A stretch of 64,000 nt of DNA, from NCBI GenBank assembly GCA_964036045.1, contig OZ038378.1:176142001-176206000 (forward strand), read 5' to 3'. Position numbers and translations under genes: made by a program. Each line of letters begins with the position of its first letter. The stretch's first letter is position 1. Positions 1 through 12,056 of this stretch are shown one piece after another. The notes under the pieces were generated by a model, which saw nothing but the letters and a program-made list of their open reading frames with translations, had not been told where the DNA came from and made no database searches. The DNA is from Eutreptiella sp. 'Long Island Sound 2002' (taxonomy: Eukaryota > Protista > Euglenida).

Positions 1-224
1 CCACCCCCTCTGATCAAGCCACCCAGACCTGAGCACCCCCCTTCACCCCCGCCGCCACCAGCACCATGACTCCTTCGGGCCCAAGACAGTGCCGCAATCG
101 TCAAGACCTTCAGCCTACACTGTGGAGTGCCGTGTCACGGAGTAACGCCTAGTCCCCTCCCCTCCCTCTGGGCTCTGGGAGAACAATAAGGGACCCTCCT
201 GAGCCCCCTTTGCCCTTCCCCAAG

Positions 225-461
225 GACACGAAGCCGCTGTGGAAGGGGCACCTGCGAGAGGACGTGACGGAGTTGCGCAAGCGCCTTGCGACCTGTTGGG
301 AGCCGAGGTACCGGGCCATGGCCACACCGCCCGCCGCGGCCGACAGCAAAGACCCGGCAGAGGGCCCAGGTAGCGCGGTCGCGCGCACTGAGTCGAGCTA
401 CGAGCCACACGCGCTGCACCTTTACTGTCCAGGGACCGTCGTGCACGTCTATTATGTGCAG
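225..461 (+). CDS. Internal exon of a class-3 (Lipase_3-type) lipase-like gene; upstream exons lie outside the window
   Basis: Pyrimidine-rich acceptor ttgcccttccccaag|GAC (AG 223-224) and donor CAG|gtatgg (GT 462), both phase 0. Encodes DTKPLWKGHLREDV...HALHLYCPGTVVHVYYVQ; LYCPGTVVH resembles the LYxPGxIxH motif near the C-terminus of Lipase_3 folds. Confidence 0.72.
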
Positions 462-717
462 GTATGGAATCGGAGGGCCCCGCTTTGTAGTATTGGAGGC
501 ATTGTGGTGTGGCGTGGTGTGCCGAAGGCGCTGTTACCAAATGGCAAAAGGCCGTAAAATTCTCCATTTTTCAACCGAAAAAAACCGTTTTTGGATGCCA
601 CATGATGACGTCATCAAGGCTCCCAAAGAACAAGGAGTGACATCAATAGGAGGTTGAAGCCTACAAGAGGCAGCTTGCATTGTTGCCTCAAAGGGGCAAT
701 GTCCCCCTTTTTCCGTC

Positions 718-959
718 GGAGCTTACCCATGTCACGGCACGTGCCGCGGCACACTTTCCGATGGTCCCCCCCCCCCCCCCCTGCGTGTCATGGTGGCACG
801 GCCGGCACGGCCGGCACAGGTGACACAAGTGCCGATCACCCTCACACAACACGACATAGCGGCGGCCCCGTGTGACATGACACACCCTATGTGGCGGCAC
901 CGTGGCACGGCACGGTCGGAGCCCCCCCCCCCCCCCCCCGCCGTGGCTGGGTAAGCTCC
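718..959. mobile_element. MITE with ~20-bp imperfect TIR and 3-bp TSD (GTC)
   Basis: ggagcttaccca at 718 and tgggtaagctcc ending 959 are exact inverted repeats (extendable to ~20 bp). gtc flanks both sides (715-717, 960-962). Internal GGCAC/GTGCC motifs. Lies in the lipase intron. Confidence 0.8.
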
Positions 960-1268
960 GTCGTATCAAATTCCACCAAATCCAGCTTGGCCTGGAACGT
1001 GGTACCACAGAACTTTGCCAGGGCGCTGCCGAATGGGCCTCTAAGGACCAGTCTTTTTTTCAAATTTTGAAGCGGTAGCTTCAGAGGGGGGGGGGGGGGT
1101 GAGGGCCGGCTTCACACCTGGAGAAATTGTTGGGATGTCTACCCAAGGGCAAAGGTAAACGGGCTTGGCTGTGTGTGTTGTGTGCGCGCTGTGCGTGGGT
1201 ATGTGGTTCCTGGGCGGAGAGTGGGGGAGGCTGGGAAAACCTGGCGGGCACCGCCGTGACAGCCATCG

Positions 1269-3290
1269 TCATCCCAGGAGCTCTCGCTGCACCCCATCTC
1301 TTTCCGCTTGTTGGTGCAGGCGCAGCTCCTGTAACGCCCACGCCATCGTGCTGCCCAGGCCTGAGCGGGCCTTTAGCAATGTGTCGCGCGCCTTCGCGTG
1401 AGCGTACCAGACCCTGATGGACTCCTCCACAACGTGGCGGATAAACTCGGTGCCCAGCGCATTGGGCCCCGCGCACTCCAGGTGGGCCCGCTGCATTGAG
1501 GGGGTCCGCAGGGCTGCCGCCCGCTGCTCTAGGGCCGCCGGTTCCCATAGCTGGTGGCGCAGTGGGGCCGCCCGCCTGCCCAGCTTCCGGTCGAGCCACT
1601 CCGCGAGCCGTTGGCGGGCCGGCCCCCACTCATGGGCCTGGGCCGAGCAGGCCCACAGGTGAGGCGCCGTTTCCGGCTGCGCCCGACAGAGGAGGCAGGT
1701 TGTGTCCAGCACCGTGTTGCGGTGGGAGGACCGGCGGGCTAGGACAGTCATCGTAGGGATGTTGTCCATACGGTGCGCCGTGATGTGGCGCTGCTGGTCC
1801 TTGTCGAACCAGTCCAGGGGGAGCCCTCCGCCCAGCATATAGTTCACCCCCCATCGGGCCTCATAGCCGGCCTGTGCCGGGATCGCGGCCTGATCCTGTA
1901 ACCAGTCGCTCAGCGCCGTTGGGGAGAGCTGACACTGGTCACGGTAGGGTACCGGGGGGAGGAAAGAGTACGGGCGCCTGAGGAGCCATGTCAGGTCCAC
2001 CTCCGGTGGCTCTTGCGTCGCCGCGTCCACACGGACGTTGAGGTCCGTGATCCAGTGCGACGGCGTGGTCACGACATTGATGGCGGACTCCGGGGAGAGG
2101 CGCTGCCCCCCTAGGACAGTCGCGTAGAGGTGGTGTATACCATCCCCGCAGTGGCCCCCCTCATGGTACGTGCGGAGGGCCCCCACCGCTGCTTCCGAGT
2201 CCGGTACTAGCCAGTAGACCCCCGGCTGTTGTGCCAGCCTGCGGACATGTGAGAGGAGGATCATTGCCTCCCCTTCCTGGGAGGTGCCCACCGCCGAGGC
2301 CACCTGGGCCTGGTAGGTCGCGGGCCCGTTCTGGGCCACTCCGGCCATCGCCATACCTCCGCGCGTAGCCCCCGCGTCCACCGCCACGACAGTGCCGCGG
2401 AGGGTAGCCAATGCCGGTAGGTCATGGAACCTGATTCCCGGCTGGGCCTTGGGGACCAGCACATTGGGGGGGTCGGCAGCCCGGCCATGTGGCGCCAGGA
2501 GGGCCAGGTCTCCGTGGTGTTCCCTGAGGTGGGTACGCAACGCTTGGTGGAGCTCCGCTGGCACCGTGCCCACCGTGTCGAGGGAGTAATAGAGGGGCCT
2601 CTTATTCGGGTGCCCCGGGCATTTGTGCGCCACACATTCCACCGGGTACTTGAAAAGAGCCACTGCCGCTGGGGCTATGGCTATCCAGGGGATTGGCGGC
2701 AGCGCCGTAGTGACCGTCACGAGAGGGGCTCGCGACATCTTGGCCCATTGCTAGTAGGCGTCCGTCGGGGGGGCAGCCAGCCACACGACGGTGGGCGCCC
2801 AGACCCCGGTGAGCTGCAGCTGGGCCAGGGACTGGTGGTGGTGGTCGCTCCACAGCCGGGCATGCAGGGGCGCGTCCACCTGCACCTGGATTCCCAGGAG
2901 GGCTACTAAGAGGCGGTGCAGCCTAGTATCGCTGGGCAGCGTGTCCGGGGGCTACTGGCACACCCTCAGCTCTGGGATCTAGTTCTCCACTTCCATGGTG
3001 TCCTGCATGGCCGTGGTAACCCGGAGGGGCTGCCCCCTGTGGTACACAGTCGCCATGCGGGTGGTTTTGGCCGCCCGGCCGCCAATGACCACGTCCGCCC
3101 GGTAGGCGGGCACGGCGGCCGGGATCCTGTCCTTGGGCGCCGCCTGCCATCGCGGCGGGGGCTCCCGCAGTAGGGGGACCGAGACGGCCGCATGACGGGC
3201 TAGGCACGCCCGCAGTCCCGGGATTCCCTTGCGGGCCGGCGCCCGCTCCTTCTGGGTGCGTTCCCGCAGCACGCGGTGGTCCGCTGTGTA
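1269..3290 (-). mobile_element. 5'-truncated, decayed non-LTR retrotransposon ORF2 3' part (RNase H-like domain followed by CCHC finger)
   Basis: ORF 1269-2738: VAVDAG...SQEGE...LVPDSEAA...TTPSHWITDLNVRVD (RNase H-like D/E/D pattern), then CLLCRAQPETAPHLWAC (zf-RVT-type). In-frame TAG just upstream (~2751) and broken frames to ~3290. Antisense within the lipase intron. Confidence 0.8.
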
Positions 3291-3859
3291 GAGGTCGCCC
3301 GTGTGGCGTGGCGTGGTGTGGGAGTGCGGGGTGTGCGATGTTTGGGGTGTGGTATGCCGGTGTGTGCGCTGCGATGTTGTTGTTGTACTTTGCGGCCCGA
3401 TCTGAGAGGGCCACTTTTTTCACATTTCGCGACGTTTGTCGTACTTGGCGTGTCCCACGTTTCCAACATCCACATGTCCAACGAAGGCTGTGGCGTAGGG
3501 CTCTGTTGCACGGTCCAGCGAAGGGTGAACCAAGGCGCCACGTGATATTGGGAGGCGTGGCAGATCCTCTGAGGCCACACACTCACTGCCCACGGGAGAG
3601 CTTCGGAGCGCGCCTCGGGGTCTGTGGTAAAACTTAGTCAACTTTTTTTTTCAATTTTTTTTTATTCCTAAGTTTCAAAACTTATATTTTGTTACTAAGT
3701 TTTTCCTCTGCGGATTAGTTTCCTGCTACGTTCCAAACCTTAGTAGAAAAAAAAAATTGCCCCCGTGGGTTGGGGTTACGGCTACGCTTCGGCGCGGCCC
3801 CTTAAGCCCTCCGGTCATCAAAACTCGTGACTTACTGGCCGTACTGTGCCATTGCGCAG

Positions 3860-4270
3860 GGACAGTTCCGGGCGTCGGTGGTCCCCAACGATTTCGCGTC
3901 GTTGGTCGTGGTCGAGCCGTCGTCGCGGATGGTGAAGGACCACTCGCACACGTCGTACTGGGAGGCGCTGCGGGCCGTGGCGGAGGCGCGCCGGGCCGCT
4001 GCGCGGCCGCCGGCGTGGCAGTCGTTCGCCGCGGCGTCCGCGTGCGAGCTCTGCGGCGCCTCCTTTGTGTGGCGGTCCACGTGCAAGTCCGCGGCGCAGG
4101 AGTGCCGGGACAAGCAGCACTGCCGCGCGTGCGGGCGCGTGGTGTGCGGGCCGTGTTCGGAGCGCCGCCTGGCCCTCCCCCAGTACGGCATCCTGCGCCC
4201 GGCGCGGGTGTGCGACCAGTGCTTCTTCGCGGTCCCCGACCCGTTCCAGGGCGCCGCGCCGGTGCTGTGA
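3860..4270 (+). CDS. Terminal exon: lipase C-terminal His motif followed by a FYVE-type zinc finger
   Basis: Acceptor gcgcag|GGA is phase 0 and joins the 225-461 exon in frame (HVYYVQ|GQFRASVV). RMVKDHSHTSYWEAL fits the lipase MxxDH...Y..AL motif. CELC...QHCRACGRVVCGPCS...RVCDQC gives 8 Cys ligands. Stop TGA at 4268-4270. Confidence 0.85.
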   Translation, partial: GQFRASVVPNDFASLVVVEPSSRMVKDHSHTSYWEALRAVAEARRAAARPPAWQSFAAASACELCGASFVWRSTCKSAAQECRDKQHCRACGRVVCGPCSERRLALPQYGILRPARVCDQCFFAVPDPFQGAAPVL

Positions 4271-4699
4271 TGCCGCGGTGGAGCGCGTGCGGTCAGGTCT
4301 GTGCAGTCGGGTCGCCCCTTTGGCCCTCGATGATGCTTCAGGGAGGCTGCAGTGGCGGGAGGTGCCCCTCAGGCAGAGAACATCGGCGGTCGGGGTTTGG
4401 ACTGGGAGCGGTCGCAGCTGGGGGCCTGTTGTCCACGGTGGTCCTTCAAGCGGTCCTCTTTGGTTTGTCCTGCGGTACAGACCGCCCCAAGGGGCCGCTC
4501 CGGGTGCCGTCAAAGTGCCGTGGGTTACCATCCGACCGCTGTCGGTTATCGGCACAAGCACAGGTTCCGCAGCAGACCACTGGTGTCGATGTACTGATGG
4601 GGTACTACCCCTGCGTCCATTTTGGTTTCTGCCATCGGTAACCTTTTGCTGAAGGTGGACCGTAACCAACATGCATGGCATACACCATGCTGGTGATCG

Positions 4700-4830
4700 T
4701 TTGAATGATCTCCACCAATGTTCCCCTGACCTGAACAGACCTCTGTGCATTTCTAAGTTCGATTTTGATTCGTTGTATACCCATTTCAGGTGGAGTGACA
4801 TTTGTGGTGCGCTGACTTTTTTGGCTTCAG
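4700..4830 (+). pseudogene. Possible Penelope-like RT fragment
   Basis: Translation ISKFDFDSLYTHFRWSDI resembles the xDxxSLYT motif of PLE RTs; downstream RT motifs not found. Confidence 0.35.
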
Positions 4831-5328
4831 AAATATGTTTCGTGGGGTCCTGGTGTGCTGAGTTCAATCTCCCATATCCAGGGGTGCCCTTCTTTGGACA
4901 TTTTCATCATTTCCTTGAGGCCCCTGCACTCTTCGATATATCTGGATGTATTGGAAGCCCACACATGGGGCCTCATATGTGTCTTGGTTTGCTAACGTGC
5001 GTAGGCACACCAGGACAGGATGGATCAGATGGGAGACAATTGGCTACTGTGGAAAAGGTTCCCACAAACACTATTTTGAACTCTGCTGTGATCGCCTCAA
5101 TTGGGCTACCGGGAGACTTCAGTACCCTGCTCAGGTTGTGATAACCCAGTTTTCGTGGGAGGACAAGTGGAAATGGTCCAAGCAACGATCCGAATCGGTG
5201 ACCCAGAATGTACCATCGCTGAGTCAGCTTGAGGGGTTGGGCAGGAGGTAAACCCCTGAGTACATGTCTTACATTGCAATCACCATGGATCTGTGGGCAT
5301 CGCATGGGCGCGTGCTTTATATTGCCTC

Positions 5329-5624
5329 CATACTTGATCCTAGTCTCCGGCAATTTTTTTTTTCCACGTCCGGCAGCCTCCGGCAGAAACATGAAGTTAC
5401 ATCCGCCAGCCTCCGGCAAAAGTTTGGTCCACATCCGGCAGCGGTGATACCCGGCTTCCAAAAGCCCGGGAGAGCGCCACACAATCAAGTAAAACCCAAG
5501 TGCACAACAACACTCACATCCGGCAGCCTCCGGCACAAGAATAGGCCACACCCGGCAGCCTCCGGCAAGAGGTTGCCCTCACATCCGGCGGCCATCGGCA
5601 TGCCGGAGACTAGTATCAAGTATG
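5329..5624. mobile_element. hAT-type MITE (296 bp), 24-bp TIR, 8-bp TSD, internal 21-bp direct repeats
   Basis: Left CATACTTGATCCTAGTCTCCGGCA and right TGCCGGAGACTAGTATCAAGTATG differ by 1 mismatch. Perfect TSD attgcctc at 5321-5328 and 5625-5632. About 6 copies of CACATCCGGCAGCCTCCGGCA inside. Confidence 0.9.
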
Positions 5625-6513
5625 ATTGCCTCCACAAGAGAATCCGTTTTGGTAAAAACACGAAAATCTATGCCATTCTGAGGGCGCCGGCCAGCTTGGG
5701 CCGATTTTTCAGATTGCGCGCGCTCCGCACGCTGAGGTAGAAATGAAGATAAAGAAAATAAACGTAGGGTTGACTGATGTTTGGTCCTTGCCAATGTCCA
5801 TTCCTGCGAATTTCTGTCCTTAATGCTGTTCTTAATTTCTGTTCTTGATTGCAGTGATGATGTTGCGAGCGGTGCGGGCGTTTTCCACGTGCACGGACAA
5901 CTTTTTCTCTCCCCTTGTGCTGTTTTCTGCACCTCACCACTATTTGCCCCTCCCTTGTGGTGAGCCCGTGTGCCGTGGCTGCGGGATAGGGCGCCAAGGC
6001 AGGTTGCGATGGCTGTCGTGATGGCGGACAATTGCCACAGGTGCCTCGCCCCTCCCTCTATAGCAAACATTCAAACAAATTAGAGGCATAGAACGTTTTC
6101 CGCTGACACATATCCGTTGGAATCTCATGGGGGACAGTCCTCTATCAACCCAAATACGAGGAGGATGTGTTCAAATTCCTTCTGATGAATGACTTCTTGG
6201 GCAACTACCGCTGGTTTGGCGGCATCTCTTGTGGGGTGTGCGGTGACACGCGGATCATGAAGGAGTTGGGACCCCCTCTCCACAGGATGGAGCTTGGTGA
6301 AGCCCATCTATTGGATGGTGGATTTGGTGGCCGACTGGGCTCAATCACCCCATATCCCAAGCCCAAAAAACTGGACATGCCTCCCTGGAAAGCAAAGGCA
6401 AATGACGGGCATAGTTTCTTGCGCGCCCATTCGGAGCACGTGTTGACACAACTTCACAGTTGGGGTGTTTGCCGCAACATGTATACGAAGCGTGGGAGTA
6501 CCCTTCCGCCCTG

Positions 6514-6906
6514 CAACAACACGACCCCTACACCAACACGACCCCTACACCAACACGACCCCTACAACAACACAACCCCTACACCAACATGACCCCTACA
6601 ACAACACGACCCCTACAACAACACGACCCCAACACCAGCACGACCCCTACACCAACACGACCCGTACAACAACACGACCCGTACAACAACACGACCCCAA
6701 CAACAACACGATCCCTACACAAACACGACCCCTACAACAACACGACCCCTACAACAACACGACCCCTACAACAACACGACCCCTACAACAACACGACCCC
6801 TACACCAACACGACCCCTACAACAACACAACCCCTACAACAACACGACCCCTACGGCAACACGATCCCTACACCAACACGACCCCTACACCAACACGACC
6901 CCTACA
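6514..6906. repeat. 17-bp minisatellite (ACAACAACACGACCCCT / ACACCAACACGACCCCT), ~23 copies
   Basis: Direct tandem periodicity; it produces the spurious TTPTPTRPL / HDPYNN ORFs. Confidence 0.95.
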
Positions 6907-9900
6907 AAGACACAAAACACGAAACGAGTGCATCACTGAGCCGAGCACACCGAAACAGTTGCATCATGGGAATGGGCACCCCATTGAGCAACATGTCGAA
7001 ACGCGAAACGTTCCAAACGGCTCCACAGGCTTGGGCACCCTGTGGGGCACTAGGCTCTTCGGTCGAGCGGCCGTACCAGAGAGTTCTACATCTTCTTCTT
7101 CCTCTTCCTACGGCCCTCCCCTGGCAGGGGGTGTGGGCAGCTACAACCACCTTTGGTGAGGAGGCTGGAGTGGAGGCCTCCGTTGTTGTATGCGTTCCCC
7201 TTAGGCCACCGCGTCCTTGCCACCCTGAAAAAAACTTGAAAAATGCAGAAGAGGGTTGCTAGGAAACGCCTGCGCGCTGCACAACGCGGTGCGCGCGGTG
7301 CGGGCGTCTTTCTCCTTGACCTTATCCCTGTTCCACCTCCTCCCTGTTCCACCTCCCCAACAACATGATTCCATGTGGTTTCCAAGCATACCTTCGTCTG
7401 GGGTTCAATAAGGTTCAATAGGACTTGGCAGAGGGTGCCCGCTAACCGGCAGGTGCAACTAGTTGTGGATACCTTTGGAAAAATGATGATACCCCCTCCC
7501 CCATGCAAGCTATGAATTGGCTATGAACTCAACTTGAGGTGCTGCAGGGCGTGTTGAAAACCTCGTGTGTGACCATGCATGCACAAGCATCCTCCCTCAC
7601 TGCATACTTCCCACCCATGCACCCAAGACCAAGTGCTGCCAGTTACTGTTGTCTAGGTGGGGTGCAAGCAGATTGCCTGTGCGCATGGCATCAGAGATTG
7701 TGGCATCACCACAATGCACGTGTGCCGCTGCTTTGTCGTTGTGTAAGGGTAGGGAATGGACTGTGTTTGTAAGCAAGGGGAGGGACAGATATGAATGCGG
7801 CGGCAGCTGCAGACTGAGGTTGTTCTAGCCCGTTTTTCAGATAGCATACCCCATTTTGAAGGAATGTGGGCTGTGGCTTTTGATATAGACCATCTGAGGT
7901 GCTTTGGAAGGCATTTGAGTGTGTGTCTATGTATTGCTACTATGCATGTAACCGTGCCGTTGCTGCAAACCTAGACTGAGTGCAAGCCCATGTGCTAAAA
8001 AAAAAAGCGCTCTTTCCGAAACGGTGCCTGCTAAATTAAAGGGGGCGCACCGTGCGCTGTGCAGAAAGTCGGCTGTTTTTCACCACCGGTAGCCACCGGT
8101 CCCAGGGTCCTGAATTCTGCACCCTACAGCCCCTGCTGGTACACCAGGGATTTTTTGTTTTAGTGTGATGCTTGCCACGGGCCCCAGGGTCCTGAATTCT
8201 GCACCCCCGTTGCTGATTTGACGTGCACGCTTCTGTAGGGGGGTGGTTTTCAGGGGTGTTCCCGGGATAAACAACATAATAATTGGCGCTGTGCGAGCGC
8301 TGTGCACGCGCTGTGCCCGCGCTGTGCGAAAACGCCCCCTAAGTGCCACTATGTGCAAGAAAAGCAAGCCAGGACATTTGTAATCCAAAGCTTTTTTAGT
8401 CCAATGAGGGGGGGACTGCATGCTATTGTATGCGCTGTGTGCTAAATAGGCGGGGCCAAACAATGAACGCCAAAAAGTTGTCTGTCTCTGTTTTTTGTAT
8501 CATTTAGCATGCATTACATTCACTCTTACGGGAACATATTAAAACCATTTTCACAGCCCTGTTGAATCAGCAGTCCCCCCAACAAATGACCATGCAAAAG
8601 TATGGTGCACTCTAGGCCGTCAAAGAAATTTTATGTTCCAATTGTTTTTGCAGACCAAATGGTGCACACCATACTCTTACAACCCCCCCCCCCCCCCCGG
8701 ACTTGCTTTAATTTTCATTCCGGCCGGGGGGGGGGGGGGCGGGCTCCCCCCTGGACCCCCTCCCCTCCTCCCCCCTCAGCTCAAGTGCACCCGAAAATCT
8801 GGGTTTTGGGAACATTTTTTAGTCATGGAAAAAATATTTTTTGGCACCTTCGGCGCATGCCATACACTGTGTACATATTGCTCCATGTGTGCTACATCTC
8901 CCTTGTTTTCCAGACTACCATGCCCCAACGCTCGTTGTTAGTGTATTTCACCTCCCCGGTCCCACCGTTGCCACACGCAAAACGCGAAGACGTAATTGAC
9001 GCGCTACTCTATTTTAGGTTTAAAGATAGGATCACCGGTCATAAAAGACAAAAAAGCCGAGGTACCCTCTGATCCGGAGCCAGTGGATGATGAGGCGCTG
9101 CCTGATAATTTGTTTGATGTCTCCCATTCAGGCAGTGACTCAAGTTCGTCATCATCATCAGGTTCCAGTTCTAGTTCCACCTACCGATTGGGGCTCAAGT
9201 TAAGGTGAGTCTAATTTTGACTGACAAGAAAGATCACTGTCATTTGGCATGAGATGGTGAATGTCCCACTTTGTTGTAGTTGTTTTGTATTGATGAGATG
9301 TGGGAACCCTGAATTGACATTCAATGATGAATTTCCTTTGTCTACGGCCGACAACATGGCATTTCCATGTGCTGAGTTGTTCATTCTCCCATAATTTTTC
9401 TGTTCACTCTGGATTGGGTATGTTCCGGCAGGGGGGGGGGGGGCTCCCCCCTGACCCCCTCCCCCTCTCCCTTGGACCCCCCCCCGCCCCCCCCGGTCAA
9501 GCAAGTCCCTGACCCCCCCCCCCAAGGTGTTGCTTTAGTTTTCATTCCGGCAGCGAGGGACCCCTCCCCCCTGGACCCCCTCCCTCCCTCCCTTGGACCC
9601 CCTCCCCCCCTCCCCCTTCCGCTCTAATTCATTTAAGCCTCAGGGTTCTGAGAACGTTTTTTCGTTTGGGCCACTTTTTTCCTGCCGCGTCTTCGGCGCA
9701 CCTATAGCAAGGTTAATTCTTTGGTCACTCCACCGTATAGTTTCTTCCCTCTGTTGCTGACACCATGTCCCAACGTCCCATAAGTGTGTTCTTCAGCACC
9801 CCGGTCCAACCGTGTCCCCGCGCAAAACACGACCACGTTGTACACACGATCCTCTATTTTCACTTCCAAGATAGATGGACTGGGAAGAAAAGGCAAGAGG

Positions 9901-11076
9901 CATACAATGTGGCATAGAAAGCATGTTCCACACAAGCAGTCGTAATGGCACGCTAAGACCGAGCGATTGTTCCATTTGCTAAATATGATCAACAGACACG
10001 CGATGGAACAATTGCTTATCATTGCGTGTGATTCACCGCGCTGTTTGTGTTGCGCGGTGGTGTTTAGGTGAGGGCACAATGTATGGACCCAAAAAGATGA
10101 TTTGATTACTGTGTTCAGACATTATGACAAATGTATATGCTGAATGGGTCAATGTGGTGCATTTTTGCAATTTTTGGTTGATATGGTTCATTTTGGCGGC
10201 GGGGGGGGGTTGTTTTGGTTTTGGTTTGGACCCTTCTGCCAGGAGCCCGCCATGCCAAACCACGCCGGGCCATGCTACCACGCATGCTTGGAGGATCCTG
10301 GTTGCCTCTTTGGGTCCGCGAGGCAACGGGGGTGATGCCACTGCCGCCTTCACGATAAACAGATGAAACATCCGGGGGGGCCTAATCCTAACCATGTCAC
10401 TTCATGGTGGTTGCCACTGGACGGGTCGGGTCCATGTTACATGACCGCCGCGGTGGGATGCCACGCACATGTAGGGTGATGACAGGGCAGTCCTCATATC
10501 AGATTGGTACCATTGTAGATCCTCACACAGTGAGGTCTGGACCCTGTCCAAACACTCTTGAGCCATAGGCTAAGAGTCACAAGCCCCCTCTCAGAAGGGT
10601 CCCTTGCTACCCTCTCGGAGGCTTGACCTGATTGGGTAAGCCACTGGCCACATTCTCCTCTGGTATGCATCCACGGGCTCTAGGCCACTCGGGACAACTA
10701 GGAGGATTAACCCACAGACCACTTGTGATAGTGAGAACGATGAACAATCCAGACGGAACATCCCACACATACAAGGTGGCCCGTCGGGGGGCTGAGACGC
10801 CGGGCTCCTGGCCACTTGTACCCCTATTTCTTCCACTTGGTCTGGCAGTGGTAGGGCTGCCCCATCCAGATAGCATCTTCCCCAGCGGATGGCGGTCCCT
10901 GGTGGTGGAGGCCCCCTATCGTGGCCCATCCGACCCCCCCCCCCCCCTTGAACCCCCTCCCACCCTCCCCCCTCCGCTCAAGCAACACCCCCCCCCCTTG
11001 GGTGACCGCCACTTGACAACCATCTCCCCCCCCCCCCTCCCAGGAGACCGTCATGCGCAGGGGGGGGGGGTTCAAA

Positions 11077-11708
11077 GGGGGAGCGTTAGCGCGCTGGGCA
11101 TCTTTTTTGACCCGTGTCCCACCAGGGACCTTTTAGGGGGTGCACTAAGGGGGCGCACTTAGCGCAGTGCAACTATTTGGGTGTGTGCCCGTACTAGAGA
11201 CCCATACTTTGAGATACTAGGGGCATCATTGTTGCCCCCAGCGGAGGTGTTGACTTCTGATTTTGTCGGGGACCCCCGAGAATGCAGGGGTGACGTAGCG
11301 TTTCACAGACTCCATGCCCATCAATTCCGCCTCATGTTTGGACTGACCAAAGCAACTCGGCCGCCACGCCAGATGAGGCAGAGGATGTGGCAGCAGTGTG
11401 TGTGTTGTGTTGTCAGAAGCGTTCCACCGTCGCAGTTTGTGATGAGTGTAAGGAGCACTATTCTACTGAATGTATTGACATCCACACTTGTGGGAGCAAT
11501 ATTGTTTGTTAAGTACAATACAAATGGCATTTGGAGTTGTTGAATTCACAGCTATTGCTTTATTATGCAACGTGCTTTGTAGGGAAGGTGTGCAGTGCAA
11601 CGTGGTCTACTCGGGGGGCTTATCCATGAGAGGGTAAATCTGGGGCTAAAGTCGGAATAGTTAATAGAAAAGTAGCGCGCCGGGCGCGCGCCGGGCAAAC
11701 ACTCCCCC
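11077..11708. mobile_element. MITE family B, copy 1 (GGGGGAG termini, 3-bp TSD AAA), nested in another G/C-run MITE
   Basis: Termini gggggagcgtt / aacactccccc; aaa at 11074-11076 and 11709-11711. First ~150 bp and last ~200 bp closely match 59186-59880. Confidence 0.8.
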
Positions 11709-12056
11709 AAAAGGGGGGGAGGGTACTATTTTTCGATCTTTTGCACACGCATGCGCGGGCAGGCACAGACAGCGTAGTGGTGGAGACCTACTCCAAAAGC
11801 TGCAGTGGTACTGCCACACATACAAAAAGGCAACCAACGACTGCGCCTCCTTTCTCTTGGGCTGCCACTACAGCTCAGCCATCTTTTCAAGGCCAGCCGC
11901 CCATGATGAGTACACACTAGCCTGTGGTTCATTGGTCAAACACAGAGCTCTCTCTTCCTTCTTGAGCATTCGTGTACAACAATTCTCTTTCAGTGGAGTG
12001 GTCAGAACAAGGGGTGAGCAGGCACAGACGACAGTACGGGCATTTCACGTTGCTCG

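Noticed and set aside
5360-5600. CRISPR array
   Set aside because: Spacers are only 11-13 nt, there are no cas genes, and the array lies within TIRs and a perfect 8-bp TSD, so it is MITE interior.
6460-7262. Mucin-like or repeat-protein ORFs
   Set aside because: Translations of the 17-bp minisatellite; no splice or codon support.
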